DNA of 49,998 nucleotides. Source: a virus. Taxonomy: Duplodnaviria; Caudoviricetes. The stretch lies in IMG/VR virus record IMGVR_UViG_3300032373_000017, positions 1 to 49,998 of that record. One strand, written 5' to 3'. Every line of letters begins with the position of its first letter. Positions within the stretch are counted from its first letter, which is position 1. Below are positions 46,998-49,998 of this stretch, one piece after another. The notes beneath the pieces are model-generated. The model saw nothing but the letters and a program-made list of their open reading frames with translations. It made no database searches and had not been told where the DNA came from. The position numbers and the translations under genes are program-made.

Positions 46998-47259
46998 CTA
47001 TATCCTCGACAAATTTACGCAAAGCTGAGGGAGGTAGCTGTATCTCTGCATCATACCGATGGCTAGTAGTATTCCCAAAATACCTCTGCAACCCTGTATG
47101 CTGGACAGCTATACTTGCTTTAAGAACACTATTTCTATTTGTATTATAAATAAATTCTAACCTTGTAGGGAAATCAGGATTTACAACGCCAACGTCTTTG
47201 CCTCGCAAGGAAGTGGCGAGTCTGGCACTAGCGTTAGGTATGCACACTTTAATATACAT
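46624..47259 (-). CDS. Hypothetical protein overlapping the primase gene
   Basis: ATG 47259 after GAGGT; unique coding 46998-47259, then 374 nt overlap. Confidence 0.55.
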   Translation of the reverse strand: MYIKVCIPNASARLATSLRGKDVGVVNPDFPTRLEFIYNTNRNSVLKASIAVQHTGLQRYFGNTTSHRYDAEIQLPPSALRKFVEDIDEESAARFAPKFTLSQWGCERSVSRMRRRREQGEESSNNQGGERRTVVMPQGELPRERSERINALFQPYTSPMEQWRDSLQSQNVSYEPNPAPTPVSEGIPSSESVRQRWSRARNSMEENGISI

Positions 47260-47280
47260 TATACACCTCATTTTAAATTA

Positions 47281-47400
47281 ATTTGCATATTACTTGGTAT
47301 ATGCAAATAAGTCTGTTATAATAGTTTTAACTACTCTATAATATATAATATAAACTACCTTAGTAGTTTATATATTTATATAGTTTAATTATATCTTTTA
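47281..47400. other. AT-rich palindromic intergenic region with + strand promoter; candidate origin
   Basis: Hairpins 47281-47308 and 47348-47373; TTGGTA-17-TATAAT with TG at 47294-47322. Confidence 0.45.
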
Positions 47401-47404
47401 TTTA

Positions 47405-47776
47405 TTAAAAGATACCAGTAGTATTTTCTTCTCCTATAGGAGAAGGGTATTCATAAACCCACGCAGTTTCCTGATGATTACCATCATCATCTAGAATTGC
47501 TAACTCCTTTCTGCAATAACAAGTTGGATGACCTTCCAGCCCATCCAAGGAATGTAGCGTATCGGCATCAACCTTGTACACTTCAACTTTAACATTATAA
47601 TCACTCCCTTCATCTGCAATGAGGAATGGAATGCCTTGTTGAAATAATCTATGACCACCAACCCAACCATCTGAATGCTTCGGTACATGCTCAAGTAATC
47701 GGTGATTACCCCAACCTTCTTTAAGTGTACCATAAACTGCCACTGTTGTCAACTGTTCTGCTGTATTATTTTCCAT
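47405..47776 (-). CDS. Gamma-glutamylcyclotransferase (AIG2-like)
   Basis: VAVYGTLKEGWGNH, LDGLEGHP..Y.R, AWVY. Confidence 0.92.
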   Translation of the reverse strand: MENNTAEQLTTVAVYGTLKEGWGNHRLLEHVPKHSDGWVGGHRLFQQGIPFLIADEGSDYNVKVEVYKVDADTLHSLDGLEGHPTCYCRKELAILDDDGNHQETAWVYEYPSPIGEENTTGIF

Positions 47777-47796
47777 TATATTTAATCCTCGGACGC

Positions 47797-48570
47797 TTAG
47801 CGTTCCTCTAAGTATTGTTCAATTGCATCTGCATATTTACCCACCGTACTACCAGTAATTCCGGGGGCGGTGTTAATTTCAAGTACATAATACTTGTCAT
47901 AATGTCCATTGTGGATCAAATCCACTGCACCAAAATCTAAGCCACAGGCTTCAACAGACGCTACACACATCTCTTTGATGTCATCTGGCAAAGACACCGG
48001 GCTTTCTGTGTCCCCTCGCATGTAAATAAAGCCATTAGCGTGTGTTCTAACTTGCCAGTTAACTTCCTCATCTGGTACATCAGTGTTCCTAGCCTTACGC
48101 TGTACATCAATCACCTTACCATTAAATACATGAGCACGATATTCATTAGATTTCTTAATGTATTTAGTGTATAGCGGGGCTCGTATAACCTCTTCTGTTG
48201 CTTCATCATGTATAACTACACCAGACCCACTAGATCCACGCAAATGCTGTCTAGCGACCACTGTACACCCTTCTGAGAGCCATGTATTGGCCACATGTAT
48301 GTCATCAGTGAATTCTGGTATCCAGACACCAGCGGCAGCTAAGGCGTGGAAGCATGATAGCTTGTTTGTTGCCTGTGATGTATCTACATTCAATCCACCC
48401 AACTCACTACTACCACAATCCCCCCAGTTGATTACTAAGTCTTCTTGCCTAGGTACAAATCTACTACCCTGTAATAACAATCGTCTAGCATTGAACCCTC
48501 TAGCCTGTAAAGTACTTGTTAATTCTCTAGCACCATCACTAACAGCACTACGTTTAATTCCAATTCTCAT
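47797..48570 (-). CDS. ATP-grasp peptide ligase
   Basis: INWG, NKL, EYRAHVF, GLDFGAVD, VLEINTAPG. Confidence 0.92.
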   Translation of the reverse strand: MRIGIKRSAVSDGARELTSTLQARGFNARRLLLQGSRFVPRQEDLVINWGDCGSSELGGLNVDTSQATNKLSCFHALAAAGVWIPEFTDDIHVANTWLSEGCTVVARQHLRGSSGSGVVIHDEATEEVIRAPLYTKYIKKSNEYRAHVFNGKVIDVQRKARNTDVPDEEVNWQVRTHANGFIYMRGDTESPVSLPDDIKEMCVASVEACGLDFGAVDLIHNGHYDKYYVLEINTAPGITGSTVGKYADAIEQYLEER

Positions 48571-48572
48571 AA

Positions 48573-49700
48573 TTACATGACCTTTTGTTTAGCGTCTAAA
48601 CATCTAGTGTGATAGTGTACACCTTGATGCTCTTCTGCAACTTCATTGAAAGTGATGTTCTTTTTACAGATAACACATGTATCTATAGTGGCAACCTCTG
48701 CTGTACCTAGTACGGATAGCTCACCACTCTGTAGATTATGCACCATCTTATGCTCCCCATGTAGCCATCGAGAGGTACTACTTCTAACTCTACCTCTAAT
48801 CTGATCACCATCTTCTAAAGCTCTTTGGAATTTAGCAATACTATTAGTAGGGCATACACCTTCTAAAGTCTCACCACCATACGTAGCTGCTCTAAAAAAT
48901 CCCGTAGCATTTACTTGAAAAAGATACCCCGTAAGAAGTTCACCAATACGGCTTCTAAACCCCCCAGATTTTGTTGTAGTAGTCCTCGTCCCAGTACGAA
49001 TACGTGGCTTTTTTGGAGTGAACTCAATCACAGTACCTCCTGAAGCCAGTGCATCTAAATCATAGATAGTGTGCTCACCAGTGGGTAGCAACTCAACATC
49101 AGTTAGATTAACCTTGTGATGCTCTGCTGCTAACTGTAGCGCTCCCTTTAAGCTAGACCACACCAAATCCCCTCCCATTAAACCTATATACAGAGTGCGC
49201 TCAGCGTTACGTGCAAAGTGTAGAGTGTTATCACTGGCATCGTGCCACACTAAAGCATAAGCTCCTTCTAAGCGCTCTAACACCTCCTCAGTTGTACCCT
49301 CTTCCGTTAAGGCATAAGCAATACTCTCTGAATCTGTAGGAAACTCCCCTTTAGCCTTATGCACAGTCTTAGTGGTTAGTGTTCCATTATGCACTAACGT
49401 CACATCTCCATGCTGGAATGGATGCGCATTATTATCATCCTTAGCTCCCATCGTAGCATAGCGATTATGTCCAATAAGACAAGTAGTGGCATGAGAGGCT
49501 CGTGCATTAAAGCCATTAAGTTGTACAAAATCAGAAGCAGCTAAAGCTCGTTTGTATACAAGACATTCCCCTGTAGTACCAACACTAGCCACCCCTGTAG
49601 AATGAGGCCCTCTAATTTGATCAAAATATAATAAATCTCTAAACACCTTAGTGTCTGTAACAAGTAAACGACTAGACGCAATTCCAACTAAACCACAAAT
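48573..49700 (-). CDS. Class II (Ntn) glutamine amidotransferase; ATT start
   Basis: (M)CGLVG N-terminus, RGPHSTG, GHNRYAT, NAHPF, HNG, TDSE. Confidence 0.92.
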   Translation of the reverse strand: MCGLVGIASSRLLVTDTKVFRDLLYFDQIRGPHSTGVASVGTTGECLVYKRALAASDFVQLNGFNARASHATTCLIGHNRYATMGAKDDNNAHPFQHGDVTLVHNGTLTTKTVHKAKGEFPTDSESIAYALTEEGTTEEVLERLEGAYALVWHDASDNTLHFARNAERTLYIGLMGGDLVWSSLKGALQLAAEHHKVNLTDVELLPTGEHTIYDLDALASGGTVIEFTPKKPRIRTGTRTTTTKSGGFRSRIGELLTGYLFQVNATGFFRAATYGGETLEGVCPTNSIAKFQRALEDGDQIRGRVRSSTSRWLHGEHKMVHNLQSGELSVLGTAEVATIDTCVICKKNITFNEVAEEHQGVHYHTRCLDAKQKVM

Positions 49701-49704
49701 GTTC

Positions 49705-49998
49705 CTATCCTCCTAATGCCGCAGCATTTTCCATAATCATTGTACTTAAATATTCTGTATCCACTTCTTCCACACCTTCTGGTGGTGGATCTACATATTC
49801 TAATAACATTTCATCAATTAAATCTAAATATAAAATATTTAGCTTTGCATTTTCCCAATAGTCATAAAGTGCAGGGCAGCGTAGTAAGTTGCCCGCCCTC
49901 TCATACCCATGAAATACAATATCTATAACTTCGTCAGGGAGTAAGGTACTTAAGAATTTAACATCGTCCAATGTCTGTGTCTTAGCAAATGTCGTGAT
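49705..49998 (-). CDS. Amidoligase C-terminal part (probable continuation of 1..579)
   Basis: Frame is open to the window end (ITTFAKTQTLDDVKF...); gene order matches the cluster. Confidence 0.65.
   Translation of the reverse strand: MTTFAKTQTLDDVKFLSTLLPDEVIDIVFHGYERAGNLLRCPALYDYWENAKLNILYLDLIDEMLLEYVDPPPEGVEEVDTEYLSTMIMENAAALGG

Noticed and set aside
36311-47000. Modified-base (Z or 7-deazaguanine) pathway
   Set aside because: No purZ, queuosine-like or transferase genes seen; MazG alone is insufficient

Overview
The window is an almost complete, circularly permuted ~50 kb genome of a lytic podovirus of a Gram-negative host, probably a gammaproteobacterium. Both window ends fall inside one amidoligase gene. 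Gene content and layout resemble Zobellviridae/VpV262/PA11/phiEco32-type phages; this is recognition of content, not a database result. Two arms diverge from a largely non-coding control region (~4220-6030) and converge at a terminator near 35855. The + arm carries terminase, portal, scaffold, capsid, holin/spanins, an enzyme-bearing appendage cassette, tail, ejection proteins and two tailspikes. The - arm carries early genes, a peptide-ligase cluster, primase, helicase, family A polymerase, SSB, nucleases, ThyX, class II RNR and endolysin. No integrase, RNA polymerase, tRNA or CRISPR array was seen. The most striking unexplained signals are: a tight tiling of host-regulator sites (2 LexA boxes, a sigma54 site, 4-5 Fur-like boxes) in the control region; a ~255-nt multi-stem RNA behind a strong early promoter; near-cognate (AUU/ACG) starts on key genes; an array of AT-rich palindromes before terS; and the five-enzyme peptide-ligase pathway, whose product is unknown.
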